Shown here: positions 1 through 8,099 of the stretch, piece by piece | Numbering within the stretch: the stretch's first letter is position 1 | Layout of the letters: each line of letters begins with the position of its first letter | Virus record (IMG/VR): IMGVR_UViG_3300027714_001912 | Strand: one strand, 5' to 3' | DNA from: an uncultured virus (IMG/VR IMGVR_UViG_3300027714_001912) | Lineage: Duplodnaviria > Heunggongvirae > Uroviricota > Caudoviricetes | DNA: 64,000 nt | Notes under the pieces: model-generated | The model's input: only the letters and a program-made list of their open reading frames with translations | What the model was told of the DNA's origin: nothing | Database searches by the model: none | Position numbers and translations under genes: made by a program

Positions 1-78
1 TATTAACACTATTGTATGAGTTATCCCTATACGCTATACACTTACTAACACTACTGTATGAGTTATCTGCACACGCTA
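1..78. repeat. Imperfect direct repeat, two 36-bp units with a 42-bp period; may continue left of the window
   Basis: tattaacactattgtatgagttatccctatacgcta (1-36) versus tactaacactactgtatgagttatctgcacacgcta (43-78). Confidence 0.85.
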
Positions 79-155
79 GTTTCAAGTGTAAGCTGTAGTT
101 TACATTGTATAGTATAAGCAACAGTTTATTGGATATTAGTCTATATATTATAAGG

Positions 156-183
156 TTGACTATACACGCTAGCATGTTATAAT
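156..183 (+). promoter_or_regulatory. Sigma70-type promoter with no ORF immediately downstream
   Basis: TTGACT 156-161, 16-bp spacer with extended TG, TATAAT 178-183. Confidence 0.6.
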
Positions 184-187
184 TATC

Positions 188-369
188 TACTGGCTTTTCA
201 GACGTTAGAGTGACAACTAACATTACATCGAGTAAGCACACGTTAGCCAGTATATTTTTAAAGATAGCACTAGGATGTTATCACAACTCTATAGCAAGTT
301 AGAGTGAGCGTTACTACTTGCATGTAACAACGTATTGGGCTTACACTATACGTTACTGTGGAAGGTTAC
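188..369 (+). ncRNA. Candidate structured non-coding RNA (alternatively origin-associated hairpins)
   Basis: Stem TACTGGCT 188-195/AGCCAGTA 245-252 encloses two hairpins; further stems 263-269/276-282, 294-299/316-321 and 329-335/348-354; begins at the predicted TSS. Confidence 0.35.
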
Positions 370-467
370 TCCTAAAAAATTTGTTGCAGACTTCGTGAGT
401 ATCTTAGTAGAGTAATAAACTAGCATTTGTGTGACCAAGATATCTTATAGTGTATAGTTAATACTGG

Positions 468-497
468 TTGACAATCAAGAAACTTTAGTGTTATACT
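468..497 (+). promoter_or_regulatory. Sigma70-type early promoter
   Basis: GGTTGACA, 18-bp spacer, TATACT, upstream of the ORF at 521. Confidence 0.65.
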
Positions 498-520
498 AGG
501 GTATAAGCAAAGGCTCAACA

Positions 521-727
521 GTGACAGACTACAACAACACCCACATGATAGAAAGACTAGGTTTGCAGTATGCCGATTGGTATAGTGTATGCATAGGTTT
601 AAGTACTGGACAAATTGGTCCTAGAGCTTGGTGTGAACTTAACTGCTCAGGCGGTTACAGTAGCTATGCTTATACCTACTGGTTTGAACTGGAGGCAGAT
701 GCAATGATGTTTAGGATAGCACATTAA
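521..727 (+). CDS. Small hypothetical protein, member of the F-x-x-E-x-DA paralogue family
   Basis: C-terminus YWFELEADAMMFRIAH; start codon uncertain. Confidence 0.65.
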   Translation: MTDYNNTHMIERLGLQYADWYSVCIGLSTGQIGPRAWCELNCSGGYSSYAYTYWFELEADAMMFRIAH

Positions 728-1128
728 TGGATAATAAATTAGATAAACACTTGAAAGAACAGTGTAGATTAGATGACGATTGGGCTGAGTATAGTGGCAG
801 TAACCGACGACAAGCAGCGGCACTAGCTAAACTTCCTACACCACCTAGTTGGAACAATGTAGTAATAGGAAGCAAGGGTTGGGGCAATAGTAAACCCATG
901 GATGTGGTATACAAAGAGTATGCTCTAGAGATGGTACACTACAACAAACATCTAGACATGGGTTGGGTTTGTATAGCGTTGAATAGTTGCGACTGCACAT
1001 GTCTATGCGATATGAAGTGTGCAGTGAATTGGAGTAGAACCTACTGTACGGGACACTACAGCGTTAGCGTTAACTACGTATGGTTTGAATTAGAAAAAGA
1101 TGCAGTGGTGTATAAATTAAGTCATTAG
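727..1128 (+). CDS. Hypothetical protein, same paralogue family
   Basis: C-terminus WSRTYCTGHYS...VWFELEKDAVVYKLSH resembles the 521 ORF; TAATG coupling. Confidence 0.7.
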   Translation: MDNKLDKHLKEQCRLDDDWAEYSGSNRRQAAALAKLPTPPSWNNVVIGSKGWGNSKPMDVVYKEYALEMVHYNKHLDMGWVCIALNSCDCTCLCDMKCAVNWSRTYCTGHYSVSVNYVWFELEKDAVVYKLSH

Positions 1129-1138
1129 CGAGTAAACT

Positions 1139-1279
1139 ATGAAAGAAACTACCAAAGAATGTCCTAGATGTGGAAGCGTACACTTGGGATTGGTACGCAG
1201 TCAGTACCTAAAGTACTGCACAGATTGCTGGTTATGGTTTGAATGGCCATTGGAAAAAGACCAAAAAGACTTGAAGTAA
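1139..1279 (+). CDS. 46-aa zinc-ribbon protein (not in the ORF track)
   Basis: MKETTKECPRCGS...YCTDCWLWFEW carries two CxxC pairs. Confidence 0.7.
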   Translation: MKETTKECPRCGSVHLGLVRSQYLKYCTDCWLWFEWPLEKDQKDLK

Positions 1280-1282
1280 AGG

Positions 1283-1311
1283 TTGACAAGTAAGACGTCT
1301 TGTTATATAAT
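1283..1311 (+). promoter_or_regulatory. Consensus sigma70 promoter with palindrome AAGACGTCTT in the spacer
   Basis: TTGACA-17-TATAAT; 22 bp identical to 51462-51483. Confidence 0.85.
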
Positions 1312-1344
1312 AGTAGTATAAGTTAACTAAAGAAGGATTCAATT

Positions 1345-1608
1345 ATGAAAAGAAACTATAGAAACGCTTACAATGAACTATTAAAGATGCAATGTCCAGT
1401 TATTGAAGGTGGCGACAGAGGCGAAGATACATTCCGTATTAGTGCAGAACAAAACTGTGAAGACAGTGCATGTACTGTATGGGCAGACTACTACAACATG
1501 GCATCGGGATTGTTTGGAGTACACAAGAACATTACTACAGTGTTAGACAAGCATGGATTGTATGCAGAGTGGATTAACCCTGGTGTACTTAGCGTACAGG
1601 TAGCATAA
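1345..1608 (+). CDS. Hypothetical phage protein
   Basis: ORF with AAGGA RBS after a strong promoter. Confidence 0.75.
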   Translation: MKRNYRNAYNELLKMQCPVIEGGDRGEDTFRISAEQNCEDSACTVWADYYNMASGLFGVHKNITTVLDKHGLYAEWINPGVLSVQVA

Positions 1609-2009
1609 TGGCATTCATCGGAACATTTATTAAAGACTTCATTAGAGCAGGCATTTACTTGGCAATCTTTGCATTCCTATTGGGTTTGTGTACAGGAGCA
1701 TATGCAGACGAACCAGACTATAAATGGGAAGACTTTAGAGTAATAGTAGATGGAAACAGTCTTACACTTGACGAAGCTAACATAGGTCAGTTGGACTTGG
1801 TTAAGAGTATTAAAGCACCTCTACAAAAAGAAATAGCTGAACTAGAAGCTGTAATAGGTAACCTAGAAACACAGCTAGCACAAGCAATTGAAGATGTAGA
1901 AATAGCAGAAGCATTTAAAGCCAAAGCAGATAAGACTAGAGCTGACGACATCATTAATATGGAACGTGAGCTACTTGAATGTAAACCCTCAGAAGAAGTG
2001 ACTGAATAA
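1608..2009 (+). CDS. Membrane-anchored or exported coiled-coil protein
   Basis: Hydrophobic N-terminus ending AYA; heptad-rich C-terminus. Confidence 0.7.
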   Translation: MAFIGTFIKDFIRAGIYLAIFAFLLGLCTGAYADEPDYKWEDFRVIVDGNSLTLDEANIGQLDLVKSIKAPLQKEIAELEAVIGNLETQLAQAIEDVEIAEAFKAKADKTRADDIINMERELLECKPSEEVTE

Positions 2010-2209
2010 TGAAATACTTAAAAGAAGTAACAGTTTGGGATAGTCCAGTTCAGAACCACACCTACATGATTGATGATAAGGATTGGTGTGTAGGATACAT
2101 CAAACAAGGCACTACAGCAGAGATAATCTTTAAGCAACCATTGAAGCAGTGGAGCAAGAGTTATCGTAAGTTTGAGAAACTAGCGGAAGACATTAAAATT
2201 AACGGTTGA
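2009..2209 (+). CDS. Hypothetical phage protein
   Basis: Translationally coupled ORF. Confidence 0.75.
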   Translation: MKYLKEVTVWDSPVQNHTYMIDDKDWCVGYIKQGTTAEIIFKQPLKQWSKSYRKFEKLAEDIKING

Positions 2210-2234
2210 CATGCACTAGTACAAGTGCTATTAT
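2206..2234 (+). promoter_or_regulatory. Sigma70-type promoter overlapping the upstream TGA stop
   Basis: TTGACA-17-TATTAT. Confidence 0.7.
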
Positions 2235-2266
2235 ATCGGAACATAGCTAATCAAAAGGAAATTGAG

Positions 2267-2485
2267 ATGACTAAGACACTTATTCAAGACATTGCTAACC
2301 TAGAAGAAAGTATTATTCTACTCCAAGAAGGTGCTAGTGATGAGAAGCATATGGCCCTGGCTAACCTAGTGAGGATGCTGAGTGAGAAGAGAGAACAGTT
2401 AGAGCTGATAGCTACTACGTTTAAAACGGATATCGATACAGCAGACGGTATTCGCAGTACTATAATGGGCTTTAAGATTAAGTAG
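2267..2485 (+). CDS. Hypothetical protein
   Basis: ATG 2267 after AAGGA, downstream of the promoter. Confidence 0.65.
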   Translation: MTKTLIQDIANLEESIILLQEGASDEKHMALANLVRMLSEKREQLELIATTFKTDIDTADGIRSTIMGFKIK

Positions 2486-2819
2486 GAATAATCTTCATAG
2501 GATTAACCTGCTTATGTAAGTTACTAGATGTAGGTTTACTACACATCTTTTTACAAATACTTGGACAGTTAGGAGATTTATCTTCTAGCTGTTTTTTTAA
2601 GGTTAACCATAATTTGCTGTTAATCACAGCATCCATTCCACCAAACATTAGTTGTAGATCTTTTATCTTTAGATCGTTATCGCTAGCCCACATTAAGAAC
2701 TCATCCCAATCCAATGTATTATTAACAAAGCAACAAGGTCTAACGTAACCGTCAGGGCCTATGAATACACTGTGACTTTCGTGTTGCAAACATCTAGGGT
2801 TTAGTTCTATTTGTTCCAT
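2478..2819 (-). CDS. Stand-alone SPASM/twitch-like Fe-S domain protein
   Basis: PRC...GPDGYVRPCC...CPSICKKMC; matches the C-terminal domains of 15655 and 21371. Confidence 0.75.
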   Translation of the reverse strand: MEQIELNPRCLQHESHSVFIGPDGYVRPCCFVNNTLDWDEFLMWASDNDLKIKDLQLMFGGMDAVINSKLWLTLKKQLEDKSPNCPSICKKMCSKPTSSNLHKQVNPMKIIPT

Positions 2820-3457
2820 AACTCTAATTCTTTGGGGAATAGGTATTGACTAATGTCGTGCTGTTCCATGCTTCTTGGATATGCTCTCCACCTACTACTT
2901 TTCATTACTTCAAACCTATCAAAGCCAATCTCCAATGCTAACTCTTTGGCAGTTTTTGTTTGATGTGCATTGTATGGGAACTCTATCCATTTCCATATTG
3001 TTTTAGGTCTACGATCCTTGGGCATACTAAGTATCTTACTCATAGCATATTCTATATTACTCCACTTGGAATGTTTACGATAGATGTGATTGGTATCTTC
3101 TAATCCATCTACACTAAATGTCCAAGTCATCTTATGTATGTCTAGGTCAGTGTTGATTACATCCCATAACTCTTTCTTACCAAAACTACCATTAGTTTCT
3201 AGATGTACACGCTTACCTAACCAAGCATAGAAATCTAATATCTGTAGTATATCTGGGTGGTAAAGCGGATCTCCGTAACAGCCAACGAACAGATAAGTCT
3301 TAAAGTCTGTGTTCTTTGCTATCCACTTTACATGATCCAACAACATATGTCCTGTGTTCCATTGTCCTTTAAGGTGCTTTTGATAATTTCGTGGACAACC
3401 TGGGCATCCCAGACTACAGACAGTTGTCAACTCAATTTCAATGTTATTATGGTTCAT
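2807..3457 (-). CDS. Radical SAM enzyme, core domain only
   Basis: CSLGCPGC, GCYGDP, ETNG, FSVDG motifs. Confidence 0.9.
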   Translation of the reverse strand: MNHNNIEIELTTVCSLGCPGCPRNYQKHLKGQWNTGHMLLDHVKWIAKNTDFKTYLFVGCYGDPLYHPDILQILDFYAWLGKRVHLETNGSFGKKELWDVINTDLDIHKMTWTFSVDGLEDTNHIYRKHSKWSNIEYAMSKILSMPKDRRPKTIWKWIEFPYNAHQTKTAKELALEIGFDRFEVMKSSRWRAYPRSMEQHDISQYLFPKELELWNK

Positions 3458-4151
3458 TCATCTCCGCCCAAATTACTTTAAACGCTTTACATCCCAATTC
3501 AATTGTTGGGTGTGCAAAGATTTTTTTATCTCTAATAGGTTCTTGCCAATCTGATTCTTGTGTTGCTATTTTTGCACTTTCAGTTATATAATCCATATCA
3601 GTAAACGTTACTCCATGTTGTTTAAATAACTTGCCGGCTTCTTCCCATATTTCTGGGCCACAACATCCAATCCAACCTCTGAACGCATATACATCAGCAC
3701 CTAGCTTGGCCAGCATACACAATACACTTACTAGGTTACGGAAGTAATGGTCACCGCTAAAAGCCTCTTCGGTAAAACCTTTAAGTGATAAGCCTGCATC
3801 TTGCATATAGAACTCGTCGCGGCCAGTTAGATTGTTATGTATAAACTGTCCTAGAGGAAACTTATTCTTATTGTATGTACCAGTTATTTTACTCAAGTTA
3901 AGTTTAACTCTATCTTCCCACATTATTTCTTTGTGAGTTACTAGTGTTTGTCTATGGATTCCAGTAAACTGAACAATAACTGTTGATTTACTAATATCAT
4001 GCAATAGGAAATGATTAAGTATTCCACTTAATGGAAACCCATTACCACCTCCACTCATTTGAAGTCTTAGAGTATCTGCTGAATAGTTGAAATAAGGCAT
4101 CCAGGATTCTCCGAGGCTACACCCACCTAATATTGTTGTTTCATAGTTCAT
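3447..4151 (-). CDS. SGNH/GDSL-like hypothetical protein
   Basis: N-terminal GGCSLGE, SGGGN, C-terminal AHPT. Confidence 0.5.
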   Translation of the reverse strand: MNYETTILGGCSLGESWMPYFNYSADTLRLQMSGGGNGFPLSGILNHFLLHDISKSTVIVQFTGIHRQTLVTHKEIMWEDRVKLNLSKITGTYNKNKFPLGQFIHNNLTGRDEFYMQDAGLSLKGFTEEAFSGDHYFRNLVSVLCMLAKLGADVYAFRGWIGCCGPEIWEEAGKLFKQHGVTFTDMDYITESAKIATQESDWQEPIRDKKIFAHPTIELGCKAFKVIWAEMNEP

Positions 4152-4156
4152 GTTAG

Positions 4157-4163
4157 TATTTAT
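4157..4163 (-). promoter_or_regulatory. T4-late-like box ATAAATA, 5 nt before the ATG of 3447..4151
   Basis: Reverse complement reads GCATAAATACTAACATG. Confidence 0.5.
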
Positions 4164-4220
4164 GCTTGCAAAATAGTTAAAACGTGTTATAATAAATAGT
4201 ATTATACAAAAGGAGTTTAT

Positions 4221-4322
4221 ATGAGCAAAGCAATAGCATATGCCTTTGTAGGAATATTTACAATCACAACAGGTCTGTATTTCTACATGGACATGATATT
4301 AAGAAGTTATTTTATAACATGA
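4221..4322 (+). CDS. 33-aa single-pass membrane peptide (not in the ORF track)
   Basis: AGGAG RBS; MSKAIAYAFVGIFTITTGLYFYMDMILRSYFIT; ATGA overlap with the next gene. Confidence 0.6.
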   Translation: MSKAIAYAFVGIFTITTGLYFYMDMILRSYFIT

Positions 4323-5827
4323 AACCTATTAAGATTTGGGGAATAACGACAGGGTCACATGATGCAAGCATTTGTGTTGTGGATCAAAGTCGTACAGGAA
4401 GTCTAGAGATAGAGTTCGCGGCTCATGCTGAACGTAGCAGTCGCATTAAGAACGACAAGAACCTTAATAGAACACTAATCGAACAGGCACTAGAGTTTGG
4501 CAACCCTAGCGAGATAATACACTACGAACACGACTTACTAAAACGTACTAGACAGCTATGGGCTGGTCAGTACAGTACAGCGTGGAACAAGCCAAGTATT
4601 AAGAAGCAGTTGAAAGCAGTCTATCCAGAACTAGATTGCAAAATTAAGTATGCAAAGCATCATGCAAGTCATGCCGCTGGTGGATACTATACCAGTCAGT
4701 TTACAGATGCAACAGTATTGGTAATTGACAGTATTGGTGAATGGGAAACATTAAGTGTATGGAACGGAGAAGGAAGTAAACTTGAACGTGTGTACAGTCA
4801 GAAGTTCCCTAACAGTCTAGGCATATGGTATAGTGCAATGACACAACGTATAGGTCTTAAACCTAACGAAGATGAATACATATTAATGGGCTGGGCCGCA
4901 TTAGGTGATCCCGAAAAGTATAAGATGAAGATATGGAACGACTTCTTCCATCCTATATCAGACAATGGCTTACCAATTGTAAAGCTAAAGAAGAACCTAC
5001 ATCGTGGATGCAAGGACTGGGCACCAGAGCTAAACAGCATACAAGACTATGCAGACTTAGCCGCAGGTACGCAGGCAGTATATGAATATGTATTCCGTAA
5101 ACTAGTTAACTGGTGCAAGAATAATACACCAAGCAAGAACTTAGTTATAATGGGAGGTTGTGCATTAAATTGTGTAGCCAACACTATAGCAAGACAACAT
5201 TACAATGATGTATGGATAATGCCTAACCCAGGTGATGCAGGTAGTAGCTTAGGTGCTATCCTTGCAATCAAGAAGAGGCACATACATTTTAATAGTCCTT
5301 ACTTAGGTTATAGAATCTCAGGAAGTTATCCTGTTAACAAAGCATTAGAAGAACTTAAAATAAATAGAATGGTAGGAGTTGCTAATGGTCGTGCAGAGTT
5401 TGGACCCAGAGCATTAGGTAATAGAAGTTTGTTTGCTGACCCACGTGGAAATGATGTTAAGGACTTAGTCAATACAGTTAAACGTAGACAAGAGTTTAGA
5501 CCATTTGCTCCAGTGATACTAGAAGAACATGCAAGTAGTTACTTTGATGGACCAACAGGACCTTATATGCAATACACAAGTGTATGCAGAGACCCAGAAG
5601 CATTTCCAGCAATTGCACACTTAGATAACACAAGTAGAGTACAGACTGTTAATCAGTTCCAACACCCTAAGTTACATGAATTGCTAACACGTTGGTACAA
5701 GGATACCGGTTGTCCAATGTTATTGAATACAAGTTTAAATATTAAAGGTGAGCCAATGGTAGACACTGAGTCAGATGCTCAGAGATGGCAACAAACATAT
5801 GGAGTTAAGGTAATAACGCATGACTAA
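4319..5827 (+). CDS. Carbamoyltransferase, NodU/CmcH family
   Basis: HDAS, HHASHAA, GGCALNC, GDAG, EFGPRALGNRS, FRPFAP, LNTSLN motifs. Confidence 0.95.
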   Translation: MKPIKIWGITTGSHDASICVVDQSRTGSLEIEFAAHAERSSRIKNDKNLNRTLIEQALEFGNPSEIIHYEHDLLKRTRQLWAGQYSTAWNKPSIKKQLKAVYPELDCKIKYAKHHASHAAGGYYTSQFTDATVLVIDSIGEWETLSVWNGEGSKLERVYSQKFPNSLGIWYSAMTQRIGLKPNEDEYILMGWAALGDPEKYKMKIWNDFFHPISDNGLPIVKLKKNLHRGCKDWAPELNSIQDYADLAAGTQAVYEYVFRKLVNWCKNNTPSKNLVIMGGCALNCVANTIARQHYNDVWIMPNPGDAGSSLGAILAIKKRHIHFNSPYLGYRISGSYPVNKALEELKINRMVGVANGRAEFGPRALGNRSLFADPRGNDVKDLVNTVKRRQEFRPFAPVILEEHASSYFDGPTGPYMQYTSVCRDPEAFPAIAHLDNTSRVQTVNQFQHPKLHELLTRWYKDTGCPMLLNTSLNIKGEPMVDTESDAQRWQQTYGVKVITHD

Positions 5828-5999
5828 GAAGAGAAGGTTGCTAAGTGGCAACGAGGTTTCAGAACTAGAAACCCATACAACGTTAGAAATTAGGACTAGA
5901 TGTCCTGAGAAGTATAAGCTAGTAGATATGGAAACAGGTGAAGAATATACAGGTAACCTACCAGAAGATACTAAGTGGCATTGGAGAAAGATAATATGA
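5820..5999 (+). CDS. 59-aa hypothetical protein (not in the ORF track)
   Basis: MTKKRRLLSG...TRCPEKYKLVDMETGEEY; overlaps both neighbours. Confidence 0.65.
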   Translation: MTKKRRLLSGNEVSELETHTTLEIRTRCPEKYKLVDMETGEEYTGNLPEDTKWHWRKII

Positions 6000-6196
6000 G
6001 TGAAATAGCAGAACGTATGCAGGAACTATGTGAACCAATTGATAGACAAATATTGATGTGTGATAACAGAGAAGATACTCTTATGTTAGCATGTGCAATG
6101 TTAGAGAAGGTTAAGATAATACTTGACTCTCAGATTGGAGAACGAGGTAGGATGGAAATTATAGCACAAGCCAATAATATTAAGTTGGACTCGTGA
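5996..6196 (+). CDS. Hypothetical protein
   Basis: ATG 5996 (MSEIAERMQ) in an ATGA overlap. Confidence 0.7.
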   Translation: MSEIAERMQELCEPIDRQILMCDNREDTLMLACAMLEKVKIILDSQIGERGRMEIIAQANNIKLDS

Positions 6197-6312
6197 AGAT
6201 AACAAACCCAATCAAGTGGGCTAAAGAAGCTATAGCACGTTGGAAATACAAACGTGCAATTAAGGCCAAACTAAAGAAGTTGAAAGAGAAAGATCCTTTC
6301 ATTTACGACTAA
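6193..6312 (+). CDS. 39-aa basic peptide ending DPFIYD (not in the ORF track)
   Basis: GTGA overlap; MKITNPIKWAKEAIARWKYKRAIKAKLKKLKEKDPFIYD. Confidence 0.6.
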   Translation: MKITNPIKWAKEAIARWKYKRAIKAKLKKLKEKDPFIYD

Positions 6313-6332
6313 ACGATTACGCAGAGGAACAC

Positions 6333-6836
6333 ATGAAAATCTTAATATGCGGCTTACCCGGTAGCGGTAAGAGCACTCTAGCAGAGCCCCTTGCTAAACT
6401 CACAGGTGGCGTATGGATTAATGCAGATGCAGTTAGATCCAAGTACGAAGGGCCAGACATAACACTATGGGACTTTAGTCTCGCAGGTCGTGTTAAACAA
6501 GCACAACGTATGAAACATTTAGCAGACGGAGTAGAACTAGCAGGTAAGATTGCTATCACTGACTTTGTATGCCCTACAGAAATTACACGTAAAGCATTTG
6601 GTGCAGACTTTGTTGTTTGGATGGATACGATTCAAAAAGGAAAATACGACGATACTAATCAAATGTTTGAACCACCAAAGCATTATGACTATCATGTATC
6701 ACAGTGGTTTGATAATACACACACGCAATTAATGCATGTTGTTAACAGGTTTGTAGAAGTACAAGCAAAGCAGGATACTGATGATAGAAACGATAGGCAT
6801 TTAACTGAAGGTGAATCTGGATGGGATCGAAAATGA
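6333..6836 (+). CDS. cysC: Adenylylsulfate (APS) kinase-like protein
   Basis: GLPGSGKST P-loop, NADAVR, DFS..GR, FVCP, FEPP. Confidence 0.8.
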   Translation: MKILICGLPGSGKSTLAEPLAKLTGGVWINADAVRSKYEGPDITLWDFSLAGRVKQAQRMKHLADGVELAGKIAITDFVCPTEITRKAFGADFVVWMDTIQKGKYDDTNQMFEPPKHYDYHVSQWFDNTHTQLMHVVNRFVEVQAKQDTDDRNDRHLTEGESGWDRK

Positions 6837-6862
6837 AAACGCAAGGTAAGTTAGAATAAGAC

Positions 6863-6891
6863 TTGACAAACACTAAAGATTTGTGTATAAT
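6863..6891 (+). promoter_or_regulatory. Consensus sigma70 promoter
   Basis: TTGACA-17-TATAAT. Confidence 0.8.
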
Positions 6892-6914
6892 AATAACTTA
6901 AACAAGGAGAACTA

Positions 6915-7049
6915 ATGGGATATTTTTTATTAGGAGTACTTATTGGCTGGTTAGTGCCAAGACCAAAGTTCATAGGCAAAGCGGAAGCAGCCATATGGAA
7001 CCCAATCAAATCAAAACTACCAAAGAGTGTTACTAAACACTTTGGATAA
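6915..7049 (+). CDS. 44-aa membrane peptide (not in the ORF track)
   Basis: AGGAG RBS; MGYFLLGVLIGWLVPRPK. Confidence 0.7.
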   Translation: MGYFLLGVLIGWLVPRPKFIGKAEAAIWNPIKSKLPKSVTKHFG

Positions 7050-7064
7050 TAAAAAGGACTGAAC

Positions 7065-7244
7065 ATGGATAATGTACACAATCAAATAGTAGAAGCATAC
7101 AATGCTTATATTACCGAGCATGAAGCTTGGGAAGATAAAACAGTAAAAGCTGCTGCCGCTAGAGCACGTAAAGCACTAGGCGACCTTGGTAAATTAACTA
7201 AGTCACGTAGAGCAGAGATTCAAGAAAAGAAAAACGCACTTTAA
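7065..7244 (+). CDS. Histone H1-like (Hc1-type) small basic protein (not in the ORF track)
   Basis: 59 aa; KAAAARARKALGDLGKLTKSRRAEIQEKK resembles the Hc1 core. Confidence 0.7.
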   Translation: MDNVHNQIVEAYNAYITEHEAWEDKTVKAAAARARKALGDLGKLTKSRRAEIQEKKNAL

Positions 7245-7257
7245 TAGGAGTTAGTAA

Positions 7258-7944
7258 GTGAATAGGAAGATACTACAACAACTAGCTATTATGTTTCAAG
7301 CAAGCCCTCAGCTTATGCGAGACAATGACTTACTATCTAAAGCAATCAATGGAACGTTTGGAGTAGAGATACGACCAGAGTTCGTTAACATTGTTGAACT
7401 ATCAGAGCAGATTGACTATGCTGTACTGGAGAAATACTTCAGTACAGTATGGCAACCACAAACAAAGAAATACAAGTACAGTGGACTAAGCATCATTGAT
7501 GAAGTCAATGCATTGCACCCACTTAAAGTATTAGACTTGGGTTGTGGTTATAACGAGTTCAAAGGAAAGATTAATAACCTACTAGGAATTGATCCATACA
7601 ACGACAAAGCAGATGTAAAAATAAAGATAATGGATTATGCGAGTGCAGAACCAGCTGATGTTTTAATTTGCTTGGGAAGTATTAACTTTGGAAGCGTAGA
7701 CAAGATTTATAATGAACTAGAACATGCAGTAAAACTCACAAAGAAAGATGGGTTGCTTTATTTTAGAGCTAACCCAGGCACACAACACACAGCTCCAGAA
7801 GCAACGTGGATTGAGTTCTTTGGATGGACTAGTGAATTTATAATTAACAGTGCAGAGAAACTAGGCTGCTCTATCCTAGAGTTGAGACAAGAAATGGGTG
7901 AACGTGGTTCACGCTATTACTTTGTGTTTAAAAAGGATAAATAA
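7258..7944 (+). CDS. Class I SAM-dependent methyltransferase
   Basis: VLDLGCG, GIDP, LGSINFG; paralogue of 49101. Confidence 0.8.
   Translation: MNRKILQQLAIMFQASPQLMRDNDLLSKAINGTFGVEIRPEFVNIVELSEQIDYAVLEKYFSTVWQPQTKKYKYSGLSIIDEVNALHPLKVLDLGCGYNEFKGKINNLLGIDPYNDKADVKIKIMDYASAEPADVLICLGSINFGSVDKIYNELEHAVKLTKKDGLLYFRANPGTQHTAPEATWIEFFGWTSEFIINSAEKLGCSILELRQEMGERGSRYYFVFKKDK
7937..7943 (+). promoter_or_regulatory. T4-late-like box upstream of the tctC leader
   Basis: GATAAATA. Confidence 0.45.
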
Positions 7945-7953
7945 ACATAACAG

Positions 7954-8099
7954 CAATACAGAGTTGTATTGATTCGTTTTAAGGCCATTGCACCACACAC
8001 ATAGACGAGCGTCATAGTGTCCACAAGTGCAACTCATCATACAAACAATAGATGTTTTATAGAGTGCGGAAGCTTCGTAACTTAGTTACGGCATCCTCT
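7954..8099 (+). ncRNA. Candidate structured 5' leader (cis-regulatory RNA) of tctC
   Basis: Three stem-loops (7954-7971, 7988-8032, 8061-8099) in a 186-nt intergenic gap. Confidence 0.4.

Noticed and set aside
1..78. CRISPR array
   Set aside because: Only two imperfect units with a 6-bp gap are visible and there are no cas genes; sequence left of the window cannot be assessed
188..252. tRNA (cloverleaf-like multibranch)
   Set aside because: No T-loop TTCRA, no D-loop GG and no proper anticodon arm
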